This document shows, one piece after another, positions 26,501 through 49,374 of a DNA stretch of 64,000 nt; the first letter of the stretch is position 1, and each line of letters begins with the position of its first letter. A program made the translations under genes and the position numbers. Source of the DNA: Chromera velia. Its lineage: Eukaryota. The stretch is taken from contig JAHBMJ010000234.1 in NCBI GenBank assembly GCA_018398765.1, positions 62,001 through 126,000 on the forward strand, read 5' to 3'. The notes under the pieces are model-generated. The model saw nothing but the letters and a program-made list of their open reading frames with translations, was not told the DNA's origin and ran no database searches.

Positions 26501-28147
26501 TTCTGACAATAGACAAAATGAGAGGAGCCGAAGGAACCGATATGCATGGAAAAACCCGCCTGAACATGCCTGAGACTTGCGTGCAGCATCTCTACAGTGA
26601 AAGATAAGAAAGAAGTACCTGTAGGAAGAACTCAGGACGGGCCGAGAGACTTGCGTGGAGCATCTCTATGCAGACTGCAGCAGGGAGGCGCACTTTGCCG
26701 AACAAAAGGAATCTCCCTGCCGTCTCCCTGTCTCTTTCCCTCTCCCTCTCTCTGTCCCTCTCTTTTTCTTTCAACTCCTTCTCTGCCCTCACAGAAGCAG
26801 AAGAGCGCAAAGAGAGTCCGATGGGAAGACCAAGACCCAACGAGAGACCCCCCACACCCCCTCCACTCTCTCTCTCCTTGTCCTTCTCACGAGACCCGGC
26901 AGAGTCCAGCCGAGGGGAAGCGCTCACAGTGCGCGCAAAGGATCCCGCAGAGGCGGAAGCAGAGGAAGAGGAAGACCCTATCTCACCGTTGTCGCCCTCA
27001 CCAGACCCGCTCCCCCGTCTCCCCCCCTCTCCCAGCCCCACCCTTCCCCCCGCGTCTCCTTCCCCTTCTCCCGTAAAGCCTAAGCCGAGGGATGCACACG
27101 CGCAGAGGTCCAGGAGGAACCTGAGTGCGGTCTGGAACGCTGGAGGCAGGGGTGCGCTGAGGGACTGTCCATGGAGGAGGGCCTGCAGTCTGAACGACCC
27201 CTCCTCCCCCCCCTCCCCTTCCCCTAAAGGATCAAGGATCTGAACGCCCGTCTCGTCTCTGTAGACCATGGGGGACACTTCCTCCAGGCGGGCTGCAAGT
27301 CCGGGACAGATGCGCAAAATCCCGGTGGACATACTTCGAACGATGTATAGACACACGATCAAAACTCTCAATACAGGCTGAAAAGAAGAGAAAAAGGATG
27401 TCAAAGGGAATGAAAACGAAAGCGGGAGCGGAAAGAAGAACGAGGCTTCTGAGAGCGGTCGGTCTCTTTTCCGTGCGTCTATACAGGCACACAAGAATAC
27501 ATTGACTTGTACCAGACTGTTTCCATCGACTCACGTGATCCGAGTGTCTGCAGGAGACTCTCCTTTTCCCTCTCAAAAGCCGTTGCCACACTGTCCATGA
27601 TGTGGCCTGCCAGCTGTCTCAATCCCGCGATGGCAGTGTTGTGGACCGCAGGGGACGGGGCGTCGTGGAGAATGCCGAAGAGCTGGAGGACCTGCTCGAG
27701 CACCTGGTCCGAACACACCACCTCGTCTGCTCCTGGGGTTAGTAGGAGAAGTGCAGTCTGCAGAACTTTCAGCTGCACCTGCTCGTCCTTGTCTGCCAAT
27801 CCGATCGCCGTCTCCTTCATCAAGTTGACCACTATGGCAACGAGACCGGAGCCCACCAGACGCCAATTGATCAACTTCTGTATGATGTTCAGACTCAGAA
27901 TGACTGCTTTAGGTTGTTGAGTCTCGCAGGCCATCAAGACGCATTTGATGACGTCTTCAATGGGGAAGGGGGGGGTGCGTGTTCCTTCTGTTGTCTTGGA
28001 GAGTTTATCTCGAAAGTTGGTCAGAGTCATCATGCACTTCTCTCCCATCTCCTTCACAGACGGGTGGCGCTTCCGACACTCCAAACAAACATTCCGGAGA
28101 TCAGACTCCAAGTCTTGTGTAAGGAGCACCAGTGTCCTCTGCTGCAT
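15059..28147 (-). CDS. MON2: MON2 homolog (Arf-GEF-like Golgi/endosome trafficking scaffold), multi-exon, with long Gly/Ser-rich insertions
   Basis: The N-terminal DCB-like region is MQQRTLVLLTQDLESDLRNVCLECRKRHPSVKEMGEK...EQVQLKVLQTALLLLT...VHNTAIAGLRQL. Internal hallmarks are WPSVLSALSLLL, INTSFRAVGYLWNIAD, DPRAEVRNCAARSL, IVHHSRDSGAKQWDETLVIA and CPLPRHRLDEVAFVFSELRRL. The last exons read HLMVLLPQLSECIGSKDP|HVRRELQRLFSELSKSLGLC*, with the stop at 15059-15061. Confidence 0.92.
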
Positions 28148-28658
28148 TGTTCCTTTCCTCAATCAGACAGGGGAAAGAAGGGGAGAGGAAGAATGGAAGC
28201 ACAGGAATATCCACACGTGGTTAGAGTCTATTTCTATTGGTGCCGTCGACCTACAGAAAAAGATCCCCCGGTGAGAATGAGCGTAGGCGCAAATTGCATT
28301 GCCAGGATGTGGACCGAGTGGTCTCTGTATTATTTTCAGGGGGAGGAACTTGTGGACAGACCAGCACGAAGACACAGACTACGAGAGAAGCGGGGCGAGG
28401 CGTCTTCTTCAGAGACACGTCGAGAGAGCCGTCGAATTTCTGACAGAAATGGAGGGACACGAAAGCTACTGTCAACTCAGCCAGGAAACCCCATTCAGTT
28501 TCCCATATGAAGGACGTCTATATAGTGCAGTGACCAGACCAAAGGTGGGCACAGCTATGCACAGCTCTCCGAATCCGCAATTGCCATGGTCTCGACTCGA
28601 TCTCGCGAGTATCCACAAGCAGTTCAGTTCCCCTGGCTTGCATCTTCTGCATTTAGCG

Positions 28659-28740
28659 TTTTGGTCGGTCCCCGCGGGCCGAACATGCACCTATATATAG
28701 CTGGCTGCCGGGCGCGTCCGGCCATTTTGGTCGGTCCCCG
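28659..28740. promoter_or_regulatory. Candidate bidirectional promoter core: two exact 16-bp direct repeats flanking a palindromic TATA-like box
   Basis: TTTTGGTCGGTCCCCG occurs at 28659-28674 and 28725-28740, and CTATATATAG at 28691-28700. They lie in the 825-bp gap between the divergent start codons at 28147 and 28973. Confidence 0.45.
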
Positions 28741-28972
28741 AGATGCGAGCTGGGCCGAGCATTCGCCATTCGGATATCATATGATTGCAATTGATTGCAT
28801 GGTGCCTTTCGATCGACTGTTCGATCTGCAGATCTATGCAGATCTATACCGTCTGACAGTTGCACAGGGAACAGTGACTTCAGTTGAAGTGCCATCCCTG
28901 ATCCCCGCACGAGATCCAAACTTGAACGGCAATCTACAAACTGTTGTCTACGCGTGACAGGAAGAAGATACG

Positions 28973-31900
28973 ATGGGAGACGGCGGTGCAGTGACGATCG
29001 GGGTGAAGTTGGAGGACAGACCCTTGTCAGCCTCGACTCTCGACTGCAAGGAAGAGCCAATCACAGAAGATACGCCGTCTGACCCTCCCTCTCTTGCTGG
29101 AGCGGAGACCACAATGTCAGAGGAAGAAGAGCCGAAGGGGGAGGAGAGACGAGGATGTCTGAAGAGGGTACCTTGGAAAGCATTGACGCCGATCTTTTTG
29201 GCTATGGCCTTGGTTGGCATTCTCGCGGCAACTGTGAGTCTGGGGAGTGGAAGGATGACGTATCTGCTTGAAGAAATGCATTTCCCTTGCATTTGAGTAT
29301 CCTGTATGCACACTCGCTCACTTTTTTCAATTTGAGTATCTTGTATGACGTGCTTAATCGGCCAAATGGCTCTATGGGCGTATTGACTTGCAGGTTTTCG
29401 CTATCGGGCCCGTCCGAATCGCTGCGTGGATCGAAGCCGCGCTTGGAGTGGAGAGTGGGAAGCCTCCCTCTGCACAGGGCTTCCTCGTGGCGTTTCTAGT
29501 GATTGCTGTGGCATTCCCTGCCTGTCTGCCCACCGGCATGTTCGAGGTCATCATTTCGTTCTTCATGGGGTGGTGGGTTCTCATCCCCGCCTTCGCAGGG
29601 CGACTCGCAGGTCAATCAGCAGCCCCCCTAGCTGTCCTCGATTCTCCGGGGCCGCGTTGTGGGTGTTTTCCAGCATGGATACCCTCTCCTTCTGTTCTCT
29701 GTCTGTCTGCCGCCCTCTCTCTGCTGTGCTCTTTCGCATACGCGCCTTTCCCTTTCTCTCCCCTGACTCTGCACCTTCAGTCTGTACTTGTGTCTGCCTG
29801 TGTAGGCAATTGCCTCAACCTCACTAAGCATGTTCCTCCTCGGCTTTTCCGAAGACTCACTCTCTCAGCAGCTTTACCTGACCAGTTTGCACAACGTTGC
29901 CGACCACGTACATCCGGTTCAATCCCCCCCTGTCCAATCCACGCCACCTCCGTGTGCGTCCTTGTCGACGTTGTGCTTTTTTCTTGACTTTTGCTCCTTT
30001 CCGCGCAGGGGCCATTGCTGCCTTCTACCTGGGTCGTTCCTGCTGTCGGCGTCGTGCCGGAAAGCTCCTTTCAGAGTTCCGTCGGCTGAGGATGTTCTCC
30101 ATAGTCGTCAAGGAAGCGCCCTACAGATACCTCCTCATGCTGCAGTTCACCTTTCTCCCAAGTCAGTCTCTCTGTCTGCTTACCTCTTTGCCTGGTTGTG
30201 TGTCTGCTCCGCTGTGTCACTCTCTGATTGGGTGGTGAGTGAGTGAGTCAATCAGCTGAGTGAGAAAGGGAGTGTGGAGGGTGGGCCGAAACCCTTCTGC
30301 CACATCAGTCTCTGTCCATGCCCTTTTTTGTCAGATGCTGTGAAGTTGAGCTGCATTGAGCCTCAGCTGTTTATATCGATCTTCCTTCAAGACAAGCGTT
30401 GTGAGGGCATGTGCAAGCTCTCAGACCGCAATTTAGAAGCGGGGTGTTGACGCACTTCCTGATCCAAAATTATTGAAATGCAGGGGCTGTGAAGACGTAC
30501 GGAGCAGCGGCGTTTGACGTGACCTGCCTTCCCTTCGTCACTTCAATCATGATTGCCTCCATTCCCGGGACCATCATGAGCGTCGCAACGGTGAGGAACC
30601 TGGGGAACGAAGAATTTATAGAACCTTTGCACACACAAATGCTCATATGCAGTCACTCACACATTCCCTGACCGACTTCTTCGCATACCTTAGTACAGAG
30701 AGGGGAGGAGAAGAGAGGCGGTGTGAAAGACTCTGCAAGGCGCCCCTCTTCAGTCTTTAGAAAGGACTTCCTTCCTTTTGCCACACAAAGAAAGCCCCAT
30801 TTTTCATGGTTCGCTTCCTTCAGTCTCTCTATGTGCACTGATTTGTCTCTTCGTATTATCAAATGAGCGCCCCCCGTCTCTCTACATGCGCAGAGGTGTC
30901 TCTTCCTATTATCACACAAATGCCATCTCTCCGAGCTTGCCCCAGAAAGTGCGCCCCCTTCTGCAACTGCACATTCCAACTTCTCTTCCTACCCTCTCCG
31001 TCTCTGCATGCATGCAGGGCTCCACCGCAGGAGACGTGACTGCCTTCTTGACGGGACAGGAGGCTCCGAGTCGGTTTTTTCTTTTTTCGCCCTATTATTT
31101 TTGTTCGTTTTCGAACCTTTGAGGGCATCTGTATCGTCCATTTCAGTCAGACGATGTTTCGCTTTCACTTCAATTTTTCCCATTCAAGCACGGTTTGTGC
31201 TGGAAGCATCATTGCCGGGTTGTCTTTGTGGGCAGTCAGCACTTCTTCAGAGTTTGGACACGTGCTTATATGTATATATATGTGTGAGTATATATGTCTT
31301 ACTCTTCTATAGTCCAGTTTTCTCCGGACCGGTTTGATTTAACTTGTGTTGAATTCTGCAAAGTGGGACCAGGACCATATGACAAAACACAAAGATTGTG
31401 TACTTAATTCCGCCTATTATTACTCCGTTCGTACTCAGTAACGAATCCGAAATACCTCGGCGCGCAGTGCGCGCCCACTCTCGTGTATATGTATAGTGTG
31501 TGTATGTGATGCATCTGCGTGCGCGGACTGTGGTCCTGGATGATCGAGTGAACGCAGGTATCCCCCAGATACTTCTTCTCTGTGCGGGCGTTGTCTTCAT
31601 GATCGTCTTCGCCGTGTGCATCCAGAGGGCGGTGGGCAGAAAGTTGAAGGCTCTGGAGAAAGAGTTGGAGGAGGCAGAGAAGAGGGAAAAAATGGAGGAG
31701 GGCGAAGGAGTCTCAGAGCCAAAAAGACAAGAGACGATGAGAGACCTGGCAACTGATGTGGGTGAAATTGAAGCAGTGAACGAAGACGAAGAGCAAGGAA
31801 ATCGGGACGAGGTGGAACCCCTTTCTCTCTCAGAGGACATCGAAGTGGTTGCTGATCTTGGGGAAGAGGAACAGCCTGCCACAAATTTGCCCTTGGTGAA

Positions 31901-31979
31901 CAGTGGGAGGTCTGGAGGGTCATTCGGATGCCTCTCTCCGTCCCCGGTACCCTATCCCGCAGCTGACGTTCCTATGTGA
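28973..31979 (+). CDS. TVP38/TMEM64-like VTT (SNARE-associated Golgi, DedA superfamily) membrane protein, 6 exons
   Basis: Exons are approximately 28973-29233, 29394-29610, 30009-30161, 30484-30590, 31018-31069 and 31558-31979, with GT-AG ends. Motifs are FPACLPTGMFEVIISFFMGWW...AGAIAAFYLGR...YLLMLQFTFLP...KTYGAAAFDVTCLPFVTSIMIASIPG. Confidence 0.8.
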
Positions 31980-33246
31980 TTTGAGGTTGCATGTGGTGGT
32001 TTTTTCATGATTACATGATGGATGGATGTGACCCTTTTGTCCGTCCGCAAGAATGATTGATTGATTCACATGATGAATCAATCGAATGATTCATCCCGGT
32101 GGGCAAGAGTCGTTTCTCGTGTTCTGTCGTGGTGCTTCTGCATGCATAGCGACAGCGTGTCTGCGCTTTTGTTCGTGTGTGTCGGTGCGAAAATGAGGAG
32201 TCGGTTTTTGCTCAGTTGATGCGGTTGACGGAAGAAATCCGACGTCCATGCAAAGTTCAGTCACCCGACCGTTGACATTTTTCCAATTCTCATGTACCTG
32301 CATATTCATAGTCACGGTCATACGTGTCATGGTGTGCCACTTTTTGACTTTTCTGTTGTGATGCAAGCATGGATGCAAAGATGCAATCTATGATGCGATC
32401 CACTTGATCGGCTAGAAAAACGGATTGTCAATAAATTCATTTCATCTGGACTCCTGGCTTGACTGATATGTTCTGCCTCGAATTAAGTCCAGCTCTAGTT
32501 TTAGCTGTAAGTGGTGATCAATTCAAAATTAAATTTTGTTTAATAGAATTGCTTAATGTATAACAATCTTACGAAATGACGGTACACATAAATAATTTAC
32601 TGAAGACTGTGTGTTTTAAACTGTTGAAACTGAATAAAAAAAATATCTGTCCAATCTAAATTCGCTTCTTATACATAGCCTATAACAGAGGGACGTGGTA
32701 TGCATAACAAAACCCCAGATCATCAGACACCTACACAATCTTTGTTTTGTAATGTTTTCTAAGGATTACATATCTCATAATCTATCTATCTCATCTTTTT
32801 TATTTCTCCTTCCCAAACTTTTCGGCGCTTTTATATTAAGTTGCAGGGAACCGGATGCATGTATGGAGTAATATAGAGTCACAAGACTGTGTGTCTTGAA
32901 ATGGAACGTCATGATATGCAAATCACTGGCATACATGGATGCATATCAAATTTCATGGTCACTCCTCAAAGAATGTTACTGTATATGTGGTGTTGTATGT
33001 TACTGTATATATAACTTTAACATGATAATATATATAGCGATCAGTATTACCAAAATTATCAATATTACAGCTAGGCGTGGAATATGATAAATAAAATAAA
33101 TTTTATTTAATCTTAATTTCGATTTCGCATGCCGGGGGCGAGTGGGGTGCTTTTTGCCCCCCCCTCTGCATAGGAGACCGGGGCTTTTCCGCAAAAAACT
33201 CGTTCTCATAATTGGTAAGGAGTTAGAAGCTGAAACTTTATGTAAG

Positions 33247-33994
33247 TGTGAAAGTAAACGACGGTCCCGTTCCTGGTCGGATTCGTGGAGGGTGAATTCC
33301 GGTCCCGGCATTTCCATTCGTCCCTTCGCCCTAAGCCAGAGAAAGGAGCGACGCACACGCAGCGGCCCTTCCACATGGGGTGGCGGGGCACCTGCGACAG
33401 AGGAGTGCATGTTGTGAGTTCCATGGTATGGCACGCATGCACTTTGGTGTTAGAAATACACCCGAGGCACTCACTATGGTGGTGTGTGCTCCGGGGCTTC
33501 ATATGGGATTTAAATAGGCCGATGGTGCGGTTATGCCATCGGAGGCTTTAGAATTAATTCCGGTCCCGAATTAATTTCCAGACAGTCAGACAGACGTGCA
33601 CGGCGGTTACCGTCCGTCTGAATGAGAGACACGACCTAGGGACTGACAGAACTTCATGTGTAGGATCTGTACTGTGCCTTATGTCTCTCTGTGGTTCTCT
33701 TGTGCTCTGAGTAATGCACGAGGCCACCAGCAGGAGCGTACTATGGACTGTGGGAAATCATAGATTTTCTGTCTGGTGAAGAGACTGATCAGATATTTAT
33801 TTCAGATTTTCTGTATCGGTCTAGATGAGTACGTCATGGAGACGTATTTGCTGTGGTCCTCTAATAGGAGAGGGCCAGGAATTCGGGAGTATAGCAGTTT
33901 GAGGAGTCCTCTGGATAGGCTAGAGGATCGACACGGGAGGGCCCATAGAATTCCACTGGAGGAATCTCAAGAGAGGTGAGACTCTACTTTTCAC
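33247..33994 (+). repeat. 5' LTR (748 bp)
   Basis: It begins TGTGAAAGTAAACGACG and ends GAGACTCTACTTTTCAC. Both ends match the 3' LTR. Confidence 0.92.
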
Positions 33995-34012
33995 TGGTGC
34001 CGTCACTGAGGG
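33995..34012 (+). promoter_or_regulatory. Primer-binding site, tRNA-His-like
   Basis: TGGTGCCGTCACTGAGGG directly follows the LTR. The first 13 nt match the tRNA-His-type PBS TGGTGCCGTGACT at 12 of 13 positions (recalled vertebrate sequence, not the host tRNA). Confidence 0.7.
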
Positions 34013-34082
34013 AGTCTCCCGTTGTCATTCCGACAACATTCCCCTTGTTGTATTCCCAATTCCCTACTGTAGGTGACTTACC

Positions 34083-34728
34083 ATGGGTCCCAAGAAGGAC
34101 GCTCCTCATGGGTGCGTCGCGATCAAGGGTATGGAGGCGAAGACCGTGGGCGTCTTCGGCCTCACGGACGATGCGGACATCATCGAATGGGTACGGCAAT
34201 ATGCAGATGCTGTGGCCATTCTCGGGGACTCGGACGAGTGGTGCGGCGGGCTTACCCTCACCAACAGGAACAAGGTGGGGGTCAACGTTAAGCACTACGT
34301 CACAAGGACCGAGGTGGAAGTGCTGGAGAAGGTGGTGGAACGGGTGCCCCACCTCAGCTCAGAAGTTTCTGAGCAGCTCCGGATTTTCCACAGGCACGTT
34401 GTAGACTCCGTCTCTCCGCCCGATGCGGAGTGGATGAAGAGATATCTGCAGCAGACCGATGTCCTAAGAATGGGCAAGGCGAGGATCATGGAAATCAGGG
34501 AGCTTCTCTCACGCCGAGAGAAGGAAAGAATCTCTGGTCCCCAGTTAAAGCTCTGAACGAACAGATCCTCTGCCTGCAGACTCTGAAGGAACCCTCCTCC
34601 CTCTCCTTGTCTCGCCCTGTTGTGTTGTCTTCAGGTCGAGAGCCCCTGGGGGAGCTTCAACAGAGACGAAGGTGAAGATGGAGGAGGAGACAGGAGCGAT
34701 ACCAGACACCTCCCGTCAGATGTCCGTC
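34083..34728 (+). pseudogene. 5' part of retrotransposon gag/ORF1, interrupted by a DNA transposon
   Basis: ORF 34083-34556 starts about 70 bp after the PBS. The overlapping frame of 34430-34675 continues past one TGA and, with the insert removed, reads in frame into ...TPPVRCP|SSKQRPASDERD at 39265. Confidence 0.7.
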
Positions 34729-37218
34729 CCCGTAAGACAAATCTATCCCGAATGGTCTCCAACAGTAAAACGGTCTCCAAAACAACCATACCTCTCAAGT
34801 TTTTTTAGGCAGTAAACAATATTTAAAAGCTTAAAACAAAGAGTTTTAAGCGATCAAACAGTACGATTTCCTGTTTTTAAATTAATTGGGTTTAGTGAGA
34901 GAAAAAAATATATTGTATTTGACCGCGCGGCATGCGTGTTTCGTGCGTCAACGCATGCGCCTGTCATGCATGCAATTAAGGCGGCGGCGGGGAGCACCGG
35001 AATTAAAGCGGCTTTGCTGAGGAGCTGGGGTTGCTTTCGCTATTCTTCCGGTGAGTCTGCAGTTCCGTGAGTCCATGTGAAAACGGGACTAGACCGACTC
35101 CAACACTAATTCCGACTCCAAAATTTTTTTAAATATACAAACAGTTTAAACTAGTTTAAACATACTCAAAATCGTTTAAGTGTATCTTTAGCGATTCTTT
35201 TGTTGTTTTTAAAGGTTTTAAATTAGAGTCCGGAGTGTATGAGAGTGAAGGTTGGAAGTGTTGTAGCACAGTGGCAGGCCGGGCTGGCGGGTTTGCGTGC
35301 ATGCCGCGCGTGGCATGCAGTGCCGCGCCGTACGTATGTGCGTCTGTGCCGCGGCCTGCCCCAACCGGCCCGTGCGGGCTGCCATGCTTGACTGACGCAC
35401 GCATCCCAATCCGAATATCCGGCTATACGGTAGAAATCCGATTATATGCTTTTGCAGGCCAAGGCATCTGTTAGAAAGCAAGGAAGAAATTAAAAGATCC
35501 CGCTTCATTCCTTTCAGTTATAGCTTCACGTTGCTATACAGATTTTCTGTAGAGTACACTTGTTGCGGGCCTGTCGCTGGGGATCGTGCGCCGGTGCTGT
35601 AGTGTGGCTACACTTTTGAGGTGGGCTGAGCTTTGCCGTCTCCTTTTAAACAACACTTTATATGGGCAAGGGGTTTTGATCGTTATGTCAGAAAGACCTG
35701 GGTTGATGCATCTGTTTATCCTTTTTCCTTCCTCTTCATACGGTATGGATGCAGGAGTTTGGAGCTCTCGCTTGCCTCTGGTGTGCGGAAAGAGTTGCGT
35801 TCGTCTCGTCTCTTTGGTCAGTTAGGGGTTGGGCATCTCTGGATACAACGTGGCTTCAGTCGGTCAACTCATGTCAGGGAATGATCCACGTGGGTTCCTC
35901 TATTCACCCATCCTTCTTTTCACTCTGGCTGCGTGGATGCAGGGTTTGGTGCTCCCTCGCGTGCTCTCCGGTAAGTTTATCAGGCTGAGCTTGTTTGTCT
36001 CACTGCTTGCAAGCCGTTCCATCAGGTCAGAGCATGATGCACCTCAGACCCTCCCATGCAACTTCATCCTTTTCTTGTTTGGTGGTTGCACGCAGGATCT
36101 GGGACCACTTTTTGCCTTTGCTGAGGAGCTGGGGTTGCTTTCGCCATTCTTCTGGTGAGTCTGCAGTTCCGTCTCTCTGTGTGGGTCAGTGTATGATGCA
36201 CTGTTGAGCAGATGTTTGCCTTGAACCATCGTTTTTGGCTTTGTTGCCTCTTGCGGATATGATTGAATGCAGGTTTCGTTCCTTTGATCGTGCTGAAGAG
36301 CAGCACTTGGGGCTCCGTCACGGTGTGACGACCATCTCTCTGGGTCAGTGGTTTGTTTTCATTCGGTCCCTGCCAGTCGCATCGTTTTGCGTCTGTGCCT
36401 GTCAGTGAAAATTAGTTAAAGATAGTTGAAGGCATCCAGTAGGTACGGTCCAGAAAGAAAGAAGAGAACTTATGACAACCTGGGAAGAGGCAATGGGAGG
36501 AGGGGAAGGATGCTTGTCCTTACTTTCCGTTTGTCTCCCTTTGAATGTACTGCTTATCTGCCTGTATTCAGGTCTGCTTTCTATCTTTGAGACTGCACAC
36601 TGGCACCAGCCCCGGCCCCGATGTATGGATCCCGGCGGAGACAGAAGGTAGAAGAGGGGGCAAAGAAGTGAGAAGGAGAGCCTCAGGGCAGATCAAGAGA
36701 GTGAGCAGACCGGAGCGCTGGCAGGGCTGGGGGGACGTCCATTGACGGAGGTGGGGGCAAGGACGGGGATAAGGGTGGGGGCCGGGCCCAGGGCCGGGCC
36801 ATGCCGCGGCTTAGGCCAGGGCCGGTGGCATCACAGGGAGAAATTAGAGGGAGCAGAGAGACACCAGCTGGAAGGAGCAGTGAGACGTTTGGGCCAAGTA
36901 AATGAACGTCCGCGACTGGCAAAGGAAGCCGGAGGCGATCGGGGCCTGGCCTGGCCCGGGCCGGCGGCATCACAAGGGAGCAGGGCCAGGGCCGGCGGCA
37001 TCACAAGTAGCCGGGGTGGCCAGTGCCCGCCGGGAAGGACACAGACAATCCGGAGACTCGGAGAGGTCGGTGGAAGAAATTGGTGGGGAGTTAAGGCATA
37101 AAAAATGGATTGCCTAGCTTTGCAAAGGGTGCCGATGGAAGCTGCACTGTTCTTTTAGGCCTATTTCACACTTTGTGTTCCGCCTCTCCCTCTCGGATTA
37201 TGTGAAAAAAATATTTGA

Positions 37219-37653
37219 CGAGGGAGAATTCAGGGCTGAATTCTCCCTCGATGAGTATCTGAAAAAAATTTTTTGGAGGGAGAATTTTTTTTAGTGTTTT
37301 TTCTGGCTTCTTTTACCGAAATATGTCATCTTTTTTTTGCTTCCTCGACAAAGATTTTTTTTTATTGTCACCGAGGGAGAATTCAGGGCTGAATTCTCCC
37401 TCTCCAGGTATGTCAAAGAAATATCGTCCGAGGGAGAATTTAGCCCTGAATTCTCCCTCGGTCAAAATGCGAAGGATTTTTTTTTCCTTCGTACCATAGA
37501 AAAGAGATGTACTTTGGATGAAAGGTGTTTGGGACAGCATTCATCTTGATTGAAATCGTGCTAACTGCTCTCTTTCTCTCCTGGCAGCTCTCAATGTGCA
37601 GCACTTTGAGCCGTTTTACCCGAGGGAGAATTTAGGCCTGAATTCTCCCTCGG
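37219..37653. repeat. Four palindromes of about 32 bp, CGAGGGAGAATTYAGNNCTGAATTCTCCCTCG
   Basis: Copies lie at 37219-37250, 37372-37402, 37428-37461 and 37620-37653, plus a half-site at about 37277. Confidence 0.9.
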
Positions 37654-38538
37654 TGAAAATACGAAGGATTTTTTTTTCTTTCGCATCACAGAAAAGACAC
37701 ATTTTTTGGACAAAAGGTATTCGGGACAGCATTCATCTTGTATGGATTCATGCTACATGTTCTTTTTCTGTTCTTAATCTGCACTATTGTGGGCCGTTTC
37801 GGGTTAGGCATCAGGGTTGCGCCTTGCGCGCCTCGTGTTCTCTGCTTGTGCACATTCAGAAAAAAGCAGCTATATTATTGTAAAACCTTTTGAATTCGTT
37901 TTCTAAGGCTTTAATTCTTCTCCCATCTGCCTGTTTCTGTGCTTGATACATCTATGGACTCTTCTTCATATGTGTGTCTTCTGAATATGAATGCAGTTAA
38001 GTCCACTTCGAGGTGTGTGGAGGGACCACCCCTGACAGCCCCTCTAGAAGGTGGGTTCAGAGCTCGTCCTTTGTGTCAGTGGGTTGTACTTAGTCTGCCA
38101 GGCTCTGGAGCTCTAGGCTGCCTTTTTGTTGACCATTTTGATTTCTTTTTTGAGTCTTTCTCCGTCTCTGCACGTGTGTGTATCTAGGTGTGTACAACGC
38201 TAGGTGCAGCGTGTGTGACACTGTGTGTGTGTGTGTGTGTGTGTGCGTATGTGTGTGCGTGTGTGTGGGTATATAAAGGTATGCACGCAACGCAACACAG
38301 TCTTTCCATCCTTTTCTTTCTTATAAGGCTCATGACGCTTACCTCTTTCAGAAAGAATGAAGGCGTGTTGTTGCTTTCTGTGAGCCAGCTTGTCTGAGTG
38401 CGCGTTTATGTGCGTGTGCACGCGTCTGCAGTGCATGTACTCGTTCTCCTTCTACCTCTCGGTCTCTCTTTCATGCCTAAGGTTTCTCTGCCGGCTTATA
38501 ATCCTCCCTTTTCCCCTTTCCCCCCGGCCCGTTCCCCT

Positions 38539-38908
<370 letters not shown>

Positions 38909-39264
38909 ACATATTAATAACATCAATTGTGATACTTGTAAAAGCTCTACACTATGTTTTATATGTTTTCAATCTTTCTGTTAAAACCTTAAGATTCATT
39001 GTAAAGAAAATATTTTAAAGAGTTAAAAACTTAAAATTATACATTCAAATTTAAATATATATATAGTTATCATAAATCAAATTTTTATATAATTCTCTTA
39101 CTAACTGGGATTTAAAAAACACTTAATTGCACTCTCAAACCATTTAAAACTCTTTGTTTTAAGTTTTTAATCATTGTTTAGTACCTAGAAATGTTTGATA
39201 GATATGGTAATTTTGGAGACCGTTTTGATGTTGGAGACCGTTTGGGATAGATTTGTCTTCCGTG

Positions 39265-49374
<10,110 letters not shown>

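Noticed and set aside
17609..28274. Many 100-280 aa plus-strand ORFs overlapping MON2
   Set aside because: They are antisense shadows of GC-rich coding exons with no recognisable motifs.
37219..37653. CRISPR-like array of palindromic 32-bp repeats
   Set aside because: Spacing is irregular (about 121, 25 and 158 bp), orientation is mixed, intervening sequence is partly duplicated, no cas genes are present, and the context is a eukaryotic transposon.
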